Below are positions 28,663 to 38,432 of a stretch of DNA of 64,000 bases, one piece after another. This DNA comes from an uncultured Rikenellaceae bacterium (GTDB taxonomy: Bacteria; Bacteroidota; Bacteroidia; Bacteroidales; VadinHA17): positions 1,507-65,506 of the forward strand of contig CAZNYS010000011.1 of the NCBI GenBank assembly GCA_964577305.1, read 5' to 3'. The position numbers and the translations under genes were made by a program. Numbering within the stretch: position 1 is the stretch's first letter; every line of letters starts with the position of its first letter. The notes under the pieces were generated by a model. That model was given only the letters and a program-made list of their open reading frames with translations, made no database searches and was not told where the DNA came from.

Positions 28663-30087
28663 CTAACGATTCAAACGCCTGTAACTATCTATGAAATCTT
28701 CCAGGTTGTCGACCGGTAATTTCTTGGCAATAATTTCTTTATCCTCATTTAGAATGTAAAGAAGAGGAGTAGCCCTGACATTATAATAAAAATCATAGCC
28801 AGTGGTCCTCATAGGATCCCAACCATTTATCCATTCCAGATTGTTTTCAGCAATATATTTCTCCCACTCTTCCTTGTTATTCTGCGTGCAAATGGCAAAG
28901 ACTTCTATACTTTTATCCTTGTATTTTGTGTAAAAGTCCCTTAATTTGGGCGTTACAGTTTTGCAATGCCCGCAGTTCGGTTCCCAGAAATACAGGATTG
29001 TAAATTCTGAATTAATGTCATAAAGTGACTTCCAGAGCCCTGAATAAGTTTCCATAGTAATATCTACTGCTTTCTTGCCTATGAGGCTTGGGCGTATATT
29101 TGCCACATCTTTTTTCAGATTATCCTGAAACTTATCGTCTACCCAGTCAGCCCTGCCGTTTAAGTAATACTCGTCGGCGAGCATCACTACAATAGCGTCA
29201 TGACCCATTATCTGGCTATCGCGGAAATGGTTGAAAAGAAAAACTAAAGCATATTGGAAAGTCTCCGGATTACTTTCGGTCATACTTACAATTTTCCTTA
29301 TCTCTGAAATCACAGAATCAGGGGCCTGGATAATTATATTGGTGAAAAATGTTTTAAGCTTGTTGTGGAGAACAGGAGTGCGGATAAGCCTGGGATCATC
29401 AAGGCTGACTTTATCAAAGAAATGATTTTTATTATAGTTGTAACCCATTACCCACCGCATTGAATCCCTGTTTGATACATTATCAGGGATATCAAAGTCA
29501 GGCACTTCAACCGGTAACATCGAGTATAGCATGGCTGACAACAGGCTGCCCCTGTATTTATCAGCTGTGCTTTCAATATATCCTAGTATCTCCTGCTCCA
29601 TATTCTTAAATTCTTCCTGGAGCATATTTATTGAATCCTTATTGGAAACATTAGCAAGTTGTTGCCTGTAGCTGGTGGCTTCAGACTGGAAATGCATCCA
29701 TTTTTTCCTGTACGCAAGGAAAGCACTGTTTTCTTCGGAATCGCTGAACTTAAGAGTGTTTATTATATCATTACTGTTACAGCTAATACCAAATTCCTGG
29801 TCATCAGATATTATAAGCTCAAAAAGATTGTTATCGGGAAAGACGATCATGTAAAGACCCTTTTCAAGAGCTTCTTCCTCCCGATACAAGGCATGTCCAT
29901 TGGCATCGGTATGTATAGTATCCTTTATATATTGCTTGTCGTCCAGGTGGTAGGCAAGGCTCACAAAGCTATTCCTATGGCCTTTGAAGTTAAGTGATAT
30001 ACTGCAGCCACCCTGATCCTGTGCTGTTGAACCAACTGCAAGGATTAGTGCAAAAAACGCTATTATTCCTCTTAACATTTTCTTCAT
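28663..30087 (-). CDS. TlpA-like thioredoxin-fold thiol:disulfide oxidoreductase family protein
   Basis: Signal peptide MKKMLRGIIAFFALILAVGSTA (internal ATG at 30087 preferred). C-terminal thioredoxin fold with the CxxC motif in YFWEPNCGHCK. Confidence 0.75.
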   Translation of the reverse strand: MKKMLRGIIAFFALILAVGSTAQDQGGCSISLNFKGHRNSFVSLAYHLDDKQYIKDTIHTDANGHALYREEEALEKGLYMIVFPDNNLFELIISDDQEFGISCNSNDIINTLKFSDSEENSAFLAYRKKWMHFQSEATSYRQQLANVSNKDSINMLQEEFKNMEQEILGYIESTADKYRGSLLSAMLYSMLPVEVPDFDIPDNVSNRDSMRWVMGYNYNKNHFFDKVSLDDPRLIRTPVLHNKLKTFFTNIIIQAPDSVISEIRKIVSMTESNPETFQYALVFLFNHFRDSQIMGHDAIVVMLADEYYLNGRADWVDDKFQDNLKKDVANIRPSLIGKKAVDITMETYSGLWKSLYDINSEFTILYFWEPNCGHCKTVTPKLRDFYTKYKDKSIEVFAICTQNNKEEWEKYIAENNLEWINGWDPMRTTGYDFYYNVRATPLLYILNEDKEIIAKKLPVDNLEDFIDSYRRLNR

Positions 30088-30193
30088 TTTTTCTGAATAA
30101 ACAGAACAAAAGTAATTGTTACAAATACCTTTCCAAATTTTACTGGTTTCATACAGCATTATTTTCTATATTAGAGGTTCAATTAAGGAGGGT

Positions 30194-31117
30194 ATGATTT
30201 CAATTTTAATCCCGGTATATAATTATGATATTGCATCACTGGTAACCGGACTTCAGCAGGCAGTGAAGGATATTGAAGAGTATGATGAGATAATCATAGG
30301 TGCCGACGGTTGTTCAGATGATTACATTAGCATGTATAAAGCATTAAGTAAACTGGATAAAGTGAGTTTGCTTGTGAGTGAGGATAACGTTGGAAGGGCA
30401 ACCATACGGAATATGTTGGCAGACAAGGCCAGTGGCGATTACCTGCTTTTTATTGATGCTGATGCACTTATCCAGGGCAATCCGAAAGATTACCTTACTC
30501 GGTGGCTGGAAAATTATAAAACAGCACCGGTTGTTTGTGGTGGAACAGATTATCATAAAACACCTCCGGATAATCCCGATAAGTACCTGAGATGGCATTA
30601 TGGGTACTATAACGAAAAAAAATCACTGAAAAAAAGAAGGAAACGTCCATATTCTTCCTTTTCTGGATTTAACTTTCTTATTGAACGTCAAATATTGAAT
30701 AAATTCAAGTTTAACGAAGAACTGAAGAAATATGGCCACGAGGATACACTGTTTGCTTACCAGCTTAAAAAGGCAGGAATTAATCTGGAACATACTGATA
30801 ATAGCCTGATACATGATGGTCTGGAATCGAACCGTGATTATGTTCTTAAAACAAGAGACAGCATCAGTAATCTCAATATCCTCTATGATAAAGTGACTGA
30901 TAAAAGAACCTTTGCCAGTATCGTCAAACTTCTAAGAAACTATCGCAGGCTCAGGTTACTGGGTATTACAAGACTCCTTTCTTATATCTACAGGAAAAGA
31001 CAAAGAAGAATAGAGATAATGCTGCGGTCAACAAAATGTTCGTTGAGAATATTTAAGATTTATAAACTAGGCCTCTTTTGTTACCATCGTTATAATATAG
31101 AATATTCTGAATCCTGA
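30194..31117 (+). CDS. Family 2 glycosyltransferase
   Basis: ISILIPVYNYD start, GADGCSDD, and DxD in LLFIDADA. ATG at 30194 preferred over the track start at 30116. Confidence 0.75.
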   Translation: MISILIPVYNYDIASLVTGLQQAVKDIEEYDEIIIGADGCSDDYISMYKALSKLDKVSLLVSEDNVGRATIRNMLADKASGDYLLFIDADALIQGNPKDYLTRWLENYKTAPVVCGGTDYHKTPPDNPDKYLRWHYGYYNEKKSLKKRRKRPYSSFSGFNFLIERQILNKFKFNEELKKYGHEDTLFAYQLKKAGINLEHTDNSLIHDGLESNRDYVLKTRDSISNLNILYDKVTDKRTFASIVKLLRNYRRLRLLGITRLLSYIYRKRQRRIEIMLRSTKCSLRIFKIYKLGLFCYHRYNIEYSES

Positions 31118-32217
31118 GATACCTGTCGCATGTGGTCAATATTCTCGCCACTTGTAAGCATATAGCTTCCCATGCAATCGGCTGTAAGACAAGAATGTAC
31201 TGGTATGACTGCAAGTAGGTCTCCGGGTAGTACTTTCTTAATAAGCTTGTTCTTTGAACAATCAATTATACCATGCTCCTGTGAAAGAGAGGATATATAT
31301 ATATCATCTTCAGGTTGGTACCAACCCGTATTATCCAGCCCGACTACCATACCATAAACATGTCTGTTGTTTATGACAATATTATCTTTTGAAAAGTGAA
31401 CTGCACCTCCATGTACAACAATAGTCCTGGAATCAGGTCTTATATCTATTACGGGACATAAAAGGGCGACAGCTATATTATCAAACCGGCATGAACCGTT
31501 TATATACTGCATGAGGTCATAAAAAATAAAATTTCCGGGTCTCAGTTCATCTATTCCGTTGAAATTTTCCACCACTGAAGCTGATGGGGTATCACCAACA
31601 GATATTATAAGATCATTAATGCCTGAATTTTGGCAGCTGGTGTTTATCCTGTGAACAGATGTTTCATAATACTCCAGTATTTTCTCCCTGCTGTTTAAAC
31701 CATAGGTGCTGCCATCGTGGGTCATTAACCCCCGGATTTTTATCATGCTGTTGGTACTGAGGTGTTCGATGCTTTCTTTCAGGCTTTCAATATCATTCCA
31801 CCTGATACCTGTCCTGTTATAACCTGTGTCAATTTTTATCATTACTTCAAGGGGGAACCGGCACTGACTGGCAAGGATACGGCATGTACCGGGGCAGCTT
31901 ACCGTAGCCTGCAGCCTGCATTTGCCAGATAATTTTTCATATAAAGCATATTCCCTGGGATTATATGCTATACCAACCAGGATATCTTCCCACCCATCAT
32001 TTGCGAAGTAATATGCCATCTTAATGGATGATACAGTGATCCTGTCCACCCCATATTTTTTGAACCATCGCCCGATGGCAATTGATTGGTGAGTTTTGAA
32101 ATGAGGCCTGAATATTAAATTGTTATCCTTTGCCTTCCGCAACATATATTCAATATTGGCAATGCATTTCCCCTTGTCAATTATTAATTGAGGACCTGTT
32201 ATGTTAGTGGTTTCCAT
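31090..32217 (-). CDS. D-threonine aldolase / D-serine dehydratase-like (alanine-racemase-fold) PLP enzyme
   Basis: PLP-lysine motif FRPHFKTHQS. TIM-barrel-like N-domain and a C-terminal beta domain. The start is either 32217 (METTN...) or the track start at 32256. Confidence 0.65.
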   Translation of the reverse strand: METTNITGPQLIIDKGKCIANIEYMLRKAKDNNLIFRPHFKTHQSIAIGRWFKKYGVDRITVSSIKMAYYFANDGWEDILVGIAYNPREYALYEKLSGKCRLQATVSCPGTCRILASQCRFPLEVMIKIDTGYNRTGIRWNDIESLKESIEHLSTNSMIKIRGLMTHDGSTYGLNSREKILEYYETSVHRINTSCQNSGINDLIISVGDTPSASVVENFNGIDELRPGNFIFYDLMQYINGSCRFDNIAVALLCPVIDIRPDSRTIVVHGGAVHFSKDNIVINNRHVYGMVVGLDNTGWYQPEDDIYISSLSQEHGIIDCSKNKLIKKVLPGDLLAVIPVHSCLTADCMGSYMLTSGENIDHMRQVSQDSEYSIL

Positions 32218-32313
32218 AATACCCTGCTTTTCTTCGAAAATAAATAAATTTAGCATAAAGGCAATTATTATCCCAATTAGTATCTTTGTTGGATGTACAC
32301 TAATAAGGGATCA

Positions 32314-33651
32314 ATGAAAAAGATAAGTGAATGGATCAGTCGTAAAATAAAATATATTACGGAAGATATCTGGCGTATTCCACTGGGTGAGCTGCCAAAA
32401 CGAAAGACGTTTCTCCTAAGGGAAATACGGATACTGGTACTTGCATTTAAAGGTTTCAGGGAAGATAAAGTACAGCTAAGGGCTTCTGCATTAACTTTTA
32501 ATACCTTGTTGTCGATTATCCCCGTTGCAGCAATAGCATTTGGCATCGCTCAGAGCTTTGGTTTCAAAGAGAGACTGGAGATAGAGATACGTAATGCACT
32601 GGAAGGTCATGAAGAAGTGATGAACTGGATACTGGCGACCACTGAGAATTTCCTGCAAACTAGCAGTGGTGGTTTTATTGCAGGTATAGGACTTGTTATT
32701 CTGTTATGGTCGGTTATGCAGGTTCTTAATCATATTGAGAAATCATTCAACCATATCTGGCAGATAAAAAGATCAAGACCATGGGTACGAAAATTCGCTG
32801 ATTATCTTTCTATTATGGTGGTGGCCCCCATATTCATTGTCTTATCTGGAAGTGTCACGGTTTACCTTAATACAAAGATGAGCAATATATCTGACCAGGC
32901 CCTGATATTGAGCACCATAAAACCAGCACTGGTCTTTTTACTGAAATTTATTCCCTATGTAATTATGTGGCTTGTTTTAACGATGCTGTATATGATAATG
33001 CCAAATACAAGGGTTAAATTCAAATCAGCTTTTGTTGCCGGTGTTATTGCAGGTACAATCTTCCAGCTTGTACAGATGCTCTACATTAACTCACAGATTG
33101 GAGTGTCAAGGTATTCCGCAGTATACGGCAGCTTTGCCGCATTTCCCCTGTTTATAGTGTGGATGCAGATAAGCTGGTTAGTAGTACTGATGGGAGCAGA
33201 GATATCGTTTGCAAACCAGAATGTTAACAGGTACGAGTTTGAATACGAATCACTGAATATAAATTCATACCAGAAAAGGATACTCACACTCCTTATATTG
33301 AATATAATAGTGAAAAGGTTTATTGCCGGTGATAACCCGGTAAGTGCATCAGAGATTTCAAAGAGTATTCAGATACCGGTAAGACTCGCAAGGGAAATAT
33401 TGTATAACCTTAATGCAGCCGGCCTTATAACCGAGATCAATATTGAAAAGCCAAGGGAAAGACTTTACCAGCCCGCCATGGATACCCGCAGGATGACCAT
33501 GGAGCATGTTCTTTCCAGAATAGATAAAGCGGGAGGTGAAGATATACCGGTAAAGCAAACAAATGAATACAGAAAATTCAACAGTATTATTAGTGAATTT
33601 GGTAAGAAGCTGAAGGAGAGCGATATGAATCTACTTATAAGCGAAATTTAG
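32314..33651 (+). CDS. YihY/BrkB-family inner membrane protein
   Basis: RASALTFNTLLSIIPVAAIAF motif, six predicted TM segments and a soluble C-terminal extension of about 120 aa. Confidence 0.75.
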   Translation: MKKISEWISRKIKYITEDIWRIPLGELPKRKTFLLREIRILVLAFKGFREDKVQLRASALTFNTLLSIIPVAAIAFGIAQSFGFKERLEIEIRNALEGHEEVMNWILATTENFLQTSSGGFIAGIGLVILLWSVMQVLNHIEKSFNHIWQIKRSRPWVRKFADYLSIMVVAPIFIVLSGSVTVYLNTKMSNISDQALILSTIKPALVFLLKFIPYVIMWLVLTMLYMIMPNTRVKFKSAFVAGVIAGTIFQLVQMLYINSQIGVSRYSAVYGSFAAFPLFIVWMQISWLVVLMGAEISFANQNVNRYEFEYESLNINSYQKRILTLLILNIIVKRFIAGDNPVSASEISKSIQIPVRLAREILYNLNAAGLITEINIEKPRERLYQPAMDTRRMTMEHVLSRIDKAGGEDIPVKQTNEYRKFNSIISEFGKKLKESDMNLLISEI

Positions 33652-34332
33652 TCCGCTTTTGTCCAGCAGGTCTTTTATCATATTATCAAAACTACCCCAG
33701 TAATAAAAAGGATAATGGGGCTGGTCAATGGTGAAGTGCCTGGTGTCTTTCCTGTTGCTCCAGTAGTTAATCTGGTTGCTTGGAGGGAAAACCCTGTCGT
33801 TAATACTCGATACTGCTATATCCCATCTGTATTTCTTGTCAGGATTCTCCATTATCCTGTTATATAACCACCTGAGTTCAGCACCATAAGAGTCAATATT
33901 TCTCTTTGATAATTTATCTGTATTATTTTCCAGAACAGCCTTACTCCCGAATAACCGTATATTAAACTTATCAATCCCCGATTCATTCATATTATTAAGG
34001 GTACCCTCAAAGATATTAAGTGGTATTCCGTATTTGTCATCTGCCGGTACAGGTGTCCCGTTAACGGCAATTGTAAGGTTGGGATTCAGATTCATTGATT
34101 CAGACATATATTCTGCAGCCCATACACCCAGCGACCAACCAATAAGAACTACCTGCTTGTATGTTTTACGGTCGGGCAGGACCAGGGGTTCATTAGCTGA
34201 ATAATTATAATATAGAATAAAATCATGTGACTCGGTGCACAGGGGAATAAAAGCATTCTGATCTATCCCCCAGCCACTAAAAACTATAATCAGTTTTTCA
34301 TTATTTTCTCTTCGCCTTATATGAGTTTTCAT
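33631..34332 (-). CDS. DUF452 / BioG-like alpha/beta hydrolase (pimeloyl-ACP methyl ester esterase family)
   Basis: LIIVFSGWGID near the N-terminus. Nucleophile elbow VVLIGWSLGVWAA. About 230 aa. No other bio genes are nearby. Confidence 0.55.
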   Translation of the reverse strand: MKTHIRRRENNEKLIIVFSGWGIDQNAFIPLCTESHDFILYYNYSANEPLVLPDRKTYKQVVLIGWSLGVWAAEYMSESMNLNPNLTIAVNGTPVPADDKYGIPLNIFEGTLNNMNESGIDKFNIRLFGSKAVLENNTDKLSKRNIDSYGAELRWLYNRIMENPDKKYRWDIAVSSINDRVFPPSNQINYWSNRKDTRHFTIDQPHYPFYYWGSFDNMIKDLLDKSGLNFAYK

Positions 34333-34657
34333 AAGGGCAAGAATTTTTTGCTAAGATAACTAGATTTTTTTAAGACTGTGAATCAGGATTTTTTCAATAA
34401 AAAAAGAGGAGCGAAGGCTGGTTATGGAAGACGGGAACGGGTTCTCTTAAAAGATAATCCCGGAATCTACTGTCTGATAATAAGGAAGACTCTCCTTTCT
34501 CGGAGGTCCTAATTGTGAAAGTCAATGTCTGCAATACAATCCTGTTCTTTCACATAACCATTACCTTAATTCACTCCTCTTATGCTAATAGCATGAGCTT
34601 CTACACAAATATACATTATAAATATTGAATTTTCAAATAATTCTGGTTAAAAAAAAA

Positions 34658-34749
34658 TGGTTGTTCGGCCTTTATTCATGACTCCACGCAATATAAATGC
34701 TTTGGATCTGATTTATAGTAAGGTCTATTAAGAAATGGCCGAACAACCA
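34658..34749. repeat. Perfect 13-bp inverted repeat with a 66-nt spacer, inside a 680-nt gene-free region
   Basis: TGGTTGTTCGGCC at 34658-34670 and its exact reverse complement GGCCGAACAACCA at 34737-34749. Confidence 0.8.
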
Positions 34750-35011
34750 AGTACCCAATTGAACCCTGACTTTGAATCTGTGGAAATGATTCAAAATCGA
34801 TTGTAAAATAAACAATAATAATCCAGAAATACCATAAAAATGTCAGAAATATGTAATAATATGTTAAATATATTTAGATATACACTTTCCCTGGTTGATT
34901 ATAAGTACTTTGGTATAATGTGGGCTTATGGTCTTATTATGTTCCTTAAAACATCCTCTATTTGAATAACATTTCATACTTTTATTTTTTAAATAATCAA
35001 TACGACGGAAA

Positions 35012-36472
35012 ATGAAGAGAATAAACTTTGTTCTGATATTTTTACTTTTTGCCGGTTTCATTACCGGACAGTCCATTTCCGGAGAATTTAACTGTTCAAC
35101 TATAATAGTAGGGAAAAATGCCTCGGCTACCGGAAACGTACTTATTGGCCATAACGAGGATGATGGAGGAATGCAGGTTGTGAATTTCTATAAGAGGTAT
35201 GCAGATAATAATCCCGGGGAGAAAATAGTATTAAAAAATGGGGCTGTTATAGACCAGTCAGAAAGCACCTTTGGTCATATATGGCTGGAAATGCCGGGGC
35301 AGGATTTTGCCGACAGTTTTCTCAATGAGAATGGGGTGCTTATAACTTCAAATTCTTGCCCTTCGATAGAAAGGTATGGAGAAATAATTGATGGCGGCAT
35401 TGGTTATAATTTGAGAAAAATAGTGGCTGAAAGAGCCGAATCAGCCCGCCATGGAGTAGAAATTGCAGGTGAAATTTTATCAGCCGTTGGTTATAATGCC
35501 TCGGGGAGGACATATACCATTGCTGATACAGAGGAAGCATGGATGCTTTCAGTTGTTAGAGGGAAACACTGGGCTGCAATGAGGATACCTGATAACCATG
35601 TTGTATACCTTCCTAACTTTTACATAATCAGGGAAATTGATTTTGAGGATCACGAAAAATTCATGACATCACCAGGTCTTAAAGAATATGCTATTAGAAT
35701 GAAATGGTATGATCCGGAAAGTGGGGAATTCAATTTCAGGCAAGTATATGGTAGCCCGCGATCTGCAGAAAGTATGTCAAACATAGGCCGTATGTGGACC
35801 GGGGTCAATTTACTTTCAACTGATAAATATGATATCAGCAATGAACTGCCTGAGTGCTTCATTCCTGCGAAACCTGTTACTATTGAGGATCTCATAGATA
35901 TCCTGGGAAACCATTATGAAGGCACCCAACTTGATGATTCAGAACATTATACCCTGCATAATCCTCATGAAAATAAGATTATGAATATTTGTGCTCGTCA
36001 TCAGCAATTGTCATTTGTTGCCGAACTGAGGAGTGGTCTGCCTGTGGAAATAGGATGCCGTTTATGGATAGCACCAAGGAGAGGATGTGTTCATACATAT
36101 ATAACTGTATATTATGGTATTAATGACTTTCCAGCGTCTTACAGGTACTATGAAGATGATAATAAGGTGTACGAAATGCATTTTCAGCCACCTGATGATA
36201 TGTATAATAAGGAAAACGGGAAAGCATGGTGGGCATTTATGGAAGTTACTGACTATGTAGATGAAGATTATAAGGCAAGAATAGGGGAGAGGAGAAAATT
36301 CAAGAATGAACTGCAGCAGGAATATTTTAAACTGGCTGAAGGCGTTGATGCTGAGATTACCAGTTTGTGGCAAAAAGATCGGTCAAAAGCTCTTGAGGAG
36401 ATTACAGAATTCAGTAATATGATATTTGATAAAGCCCTGAAGAGCAATATCAGATACATGGAAGAAAAATAA
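35012..36472 (+). CDS. C69-family dipeptidase
   Basis: Signal peptide followed by the N-terminal nucleophile context FNCSTIIVGKNASATGNVLIGHNEDD. Confidence 0.8.
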   Translation: MKRINFVLIFLLFAGFITGQSISGEFNCSTIIVGKNASATGNVLIGHNEDDGGMQVVNFYKRYADNNPGEKIVLKNGAVIDQSESTFGHIWLEMPGQDFADSFLNENGVLITSNSCPSIERYGEIIDGGIGYNLRKIVAERAESARHGVEIAGEILSAVGYNASGRTYTIADTEEAWMLSVVRGKHWAAMRIPDNHVVYLPNFYIIREIDFEDHEKFMTSPGLKEYAIRMKWYDPESGEFNFRQVYGSPRSAESMSNIGRMWTGVNLLSTDKYDISNELPECFIPAKPVTIEDLIDILGNHYEGTQLDDSEHYTLHNPHENKIMNICARHQQLSFVAELRSGLPVEIGCRLWIAPRRGCVHTYITVYYGINDFPASYRYYEDDNKVYEMHFQPPDDMYNKENGKAWWAFMEVTDYVDEDYKARIGERRKFKNELQQEYFKLAEGVDAEITSLWQKDRSKALEEITEFSNMIFDKALKSNIRYMEEK

Positions 36473-36551
36473 ATCAGCTTCTTTTTAAGCGGTTATAATC
36501 TTTGCATTCTTAATGCTAAATTTGTTGAGATAGAACCGCAAAAATACTATT

Positions 36552-38363
36552 ATGGGAATGACAATTATTGAAAAAATACTCTCCGGCCATTCTGACAGCA
36601 AGGTGGTAAAACCGGGTGATATTGTTGATGTTACTATTGATGCAAGGGTGGCACGCGATTTCGGTGGGGCCAATGTGGTTAAAAATATACTGGAATACAA
36701 TCTGGGTATTGACGATCCAGAAAAAACCCTGTTCACATTTGACTGCAATCCTACAGGCTCAGACCAGAAATACGCTGTCAATCAGCATTTATGTCGCTTA
36801 TTTGCCAGGAAGCAGGGTATAAAAGTTTATGATATCAATTCAGGCATAGGTACCCATTTGCTTATTGATGAAGGATATGTGTACCCGGGCTCTACTGCGG
36901 TTTCGACCGATTCGCATGCCAATATCCTCGGCGCAGTTGGCGCCTTTGGCCAGGGTATGGGGGATAAGGATATCGCAGCTGCATGGAACAAAGGGAAAAT
37001 ATGGTTCAAAGTGCCGGGATCAGTCAGACTTAACCTGCATGGTAAATTACCGGGTAATGTATATGCGAAGGATGTTGTCTTAAACCTGCTGAATGAATTT
37101 GGTGCAAATTCATTACTGGGATATTCAGTTGAAATTTATGGCAATTGTGTTGATAAGATGGGAATTAGTGACAGAATAACAATATCATCAATGGCAACTG
37201 AAATGGGAGCTATAATAATACTCTTTCCTCCCAATGAGGATGTAATCAATTATTGTGCAGAACGTACAGGTAAAAATTTTAAAGCAGTATATGCAGATAA
37301 GAATGCTCAATATGAAAAGATATTCAATATTGATGTTAATACATTCAGGCCTATGCTTTCAAGGCCGGGCAAACCTCATGATACGATTGTTCTGGATAGT
37401 GAAAAAGGGACCAAAATAGATTCAGCTTTTATTGGCAGCTGTACAAACGGCAGGATCGAAGATATGAGAGCTGCGGCAAAAATACTGGAGAAAAGGAAAG
37501 TGGCACCAGGAGTAATCCTGAAAATAGTTCCTGCTACTGACGAAGTCTGGAATAAATGCCTGAACGAGGGCATAATTGATATCTTCAAAAATGCAGGGGC
37601 ACTTGTATCAAATGCAGGCTGTGCAGGTTGTGCAGCCGGACAGGTTGGACAGAACGGACCAGGTGAAATTACCATAAGCACAGGTAACAGGAATTTCCCT
37701 GGCAAACAGGGTAAGGGAAGTGTATATCTTGCTTCACCAGCCGCAGTAGCTGCATCTGCTGTGGCAGGATATATTACACATGAAAACGATATCCCGGATA
37801 AACCGGCAGTGTTTAAAACAATAAGCACAACAGAGAAAATTGAAAAAAAGGAGAAGGTAAAATATAAAAAAGCAGATATGCCTGAGATTATTAAAGGCAG
37901 ATGCTGCATAATAGACAGGGATAATATTGATACTGATATGATATTTCATAACAGGTACCTGGCAATCACGGATATTAAAGAGATGGGAGCATATACATTT
38001 GATAATCTCGAAGGATATGAAGATTTCGCCAGGAAAGCAGGAAAAGGAGATATTGTTATATCAGGTAAAAACTTTGGATCCGGTAGCTCAAGACAACAGG
38101 CTGTTGATTGTTTTGTTTCACTGGGTGTCCAGGCTATCCTGGCTGGGTCATTCGGGGCTATCTATGAAAGAAATGCAATAAATGCTGCATTCCCGGTACT
38201 TACATATAGTAACCTGACGGATTTAAACCTGGAAAACGGAGATGAAATTGAAATTAATCTCAGAGAAGGCAATATGATTAACCTGAAAACAGGTGACAGA
38301 ATAAAAATAAATCCCTTCAGCCAGGTGCAGATGGAAATATATAAAAACGGAGGCCTCCTGTAA
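36552..38363 (+). CDS. Aconitase-superfamily dehydratase, fused large (LeuC-like) and small (LeuD-like) subunits, paralog 1
   Basis: Fe-S ligand contexts GSCTNGR and NAGCAGCAAGQ. Swivel-domain motif GKNFGSGSSRQQA in the C-terminal 180 aa or so. Confidence 0.8.
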   Translation: MGMTIIEKILSGHSDSKVVKPGDIVDVTIDARVARDFGGANVVKNILEYNLGIDDPEKTLFTFDCNPTGSDQKYAVNQHLCRLFARKQGIKVYDINSGIGTHLLIDEGYVYPGSTAVSTDSHANILGAVGAFGQGMGDKDIAAAWNKGKIWFKVPGSVRLNLHGKLPGNVYAKDVVLNLLNEFGANSLLGYSVEIYGNCVDKMGISDRITISSMATEMGAIIILFPPNEDVINYCAERTGKNFKAVYADKNAQYEKIFNIDVNTFRPMLSRPGKPHDTIVLDSEKGTKIDSAFIGSCTNGRIEDMRAAAKILEKRKVAPGVILKIVPATDEVWNKCLNEGIIDIFKNAGALVSNAGCAGCAAGQVGQNGPGEITISTGNRNFPGKQGKGSVYLASPAAVAASAVAGYITHENDIPDKPAVFKTISTTEKIEKKEKVKYKKADMPEIIKGRCCIIDRDNIDTDMIFHNRYLAITDIKEMGAYTFDNLEGYEDFARKAGKGDIVISGKNFGSGSSRQQAVDCFVSLGVQAILAGSFGAIYERNAINAAFPVLTYSNLTDLNLENGDEIEINLREGNMINLKTGDRIKINPFSQVQMEIYKNGGLL

Positions 38364-38387
38364 ATTCACTTATCAATCCTAAAACCC

Positions 38388-38427
38388 TTAAACACTTCAA
38401 CAATTAAACACTTAAACACTTAAACTT
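38388..38427 (+). repeat. TTAAACAC octamer repeat (one copy plus three tandem copies, the last partial) in the 69-nt spacer before paralog 2
   Basis: TTAAACAC at 38388-38395, 38404-38411 and 38412-38419, then TTAAAC at 38420-38425. The ATG is at 38433. Confidence 0.85.
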
Positions 38428-38432
38428 TCTAT

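Noticed and set aside
34658-34815. Two tiny ORFs starting inside the arms of the 13-bp inverted repeat (MVVRPLFMTPRNINALDLIYSKVY and MAEQPSTQLNPDFESVEMIQNRL)
   Set aside because: There is no GG leader, signal peptide or other recognisable feature. The ATGs are probably incidental to the repeat sequence, so I report it only as a structural element.
37376-37909. 177-aa minus-strand ORF, and similar antisense ORFs at 4575..5096, 14140..14526 and 55620..56081
   Set aside because: All are antisense to genes with strong family motifs (aconitase-like, CHAT, pyrG, GH51/sulfatase). None has a recognisable domain.
38388-38427. Considered whether the TTAAACAC array or the GC-rich repeats could be CRISPR-like
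   Set aside because: The units are 8 nt with no spacers, and the GC-rich elements are single copies at dispersed loci. No cas genes are present.
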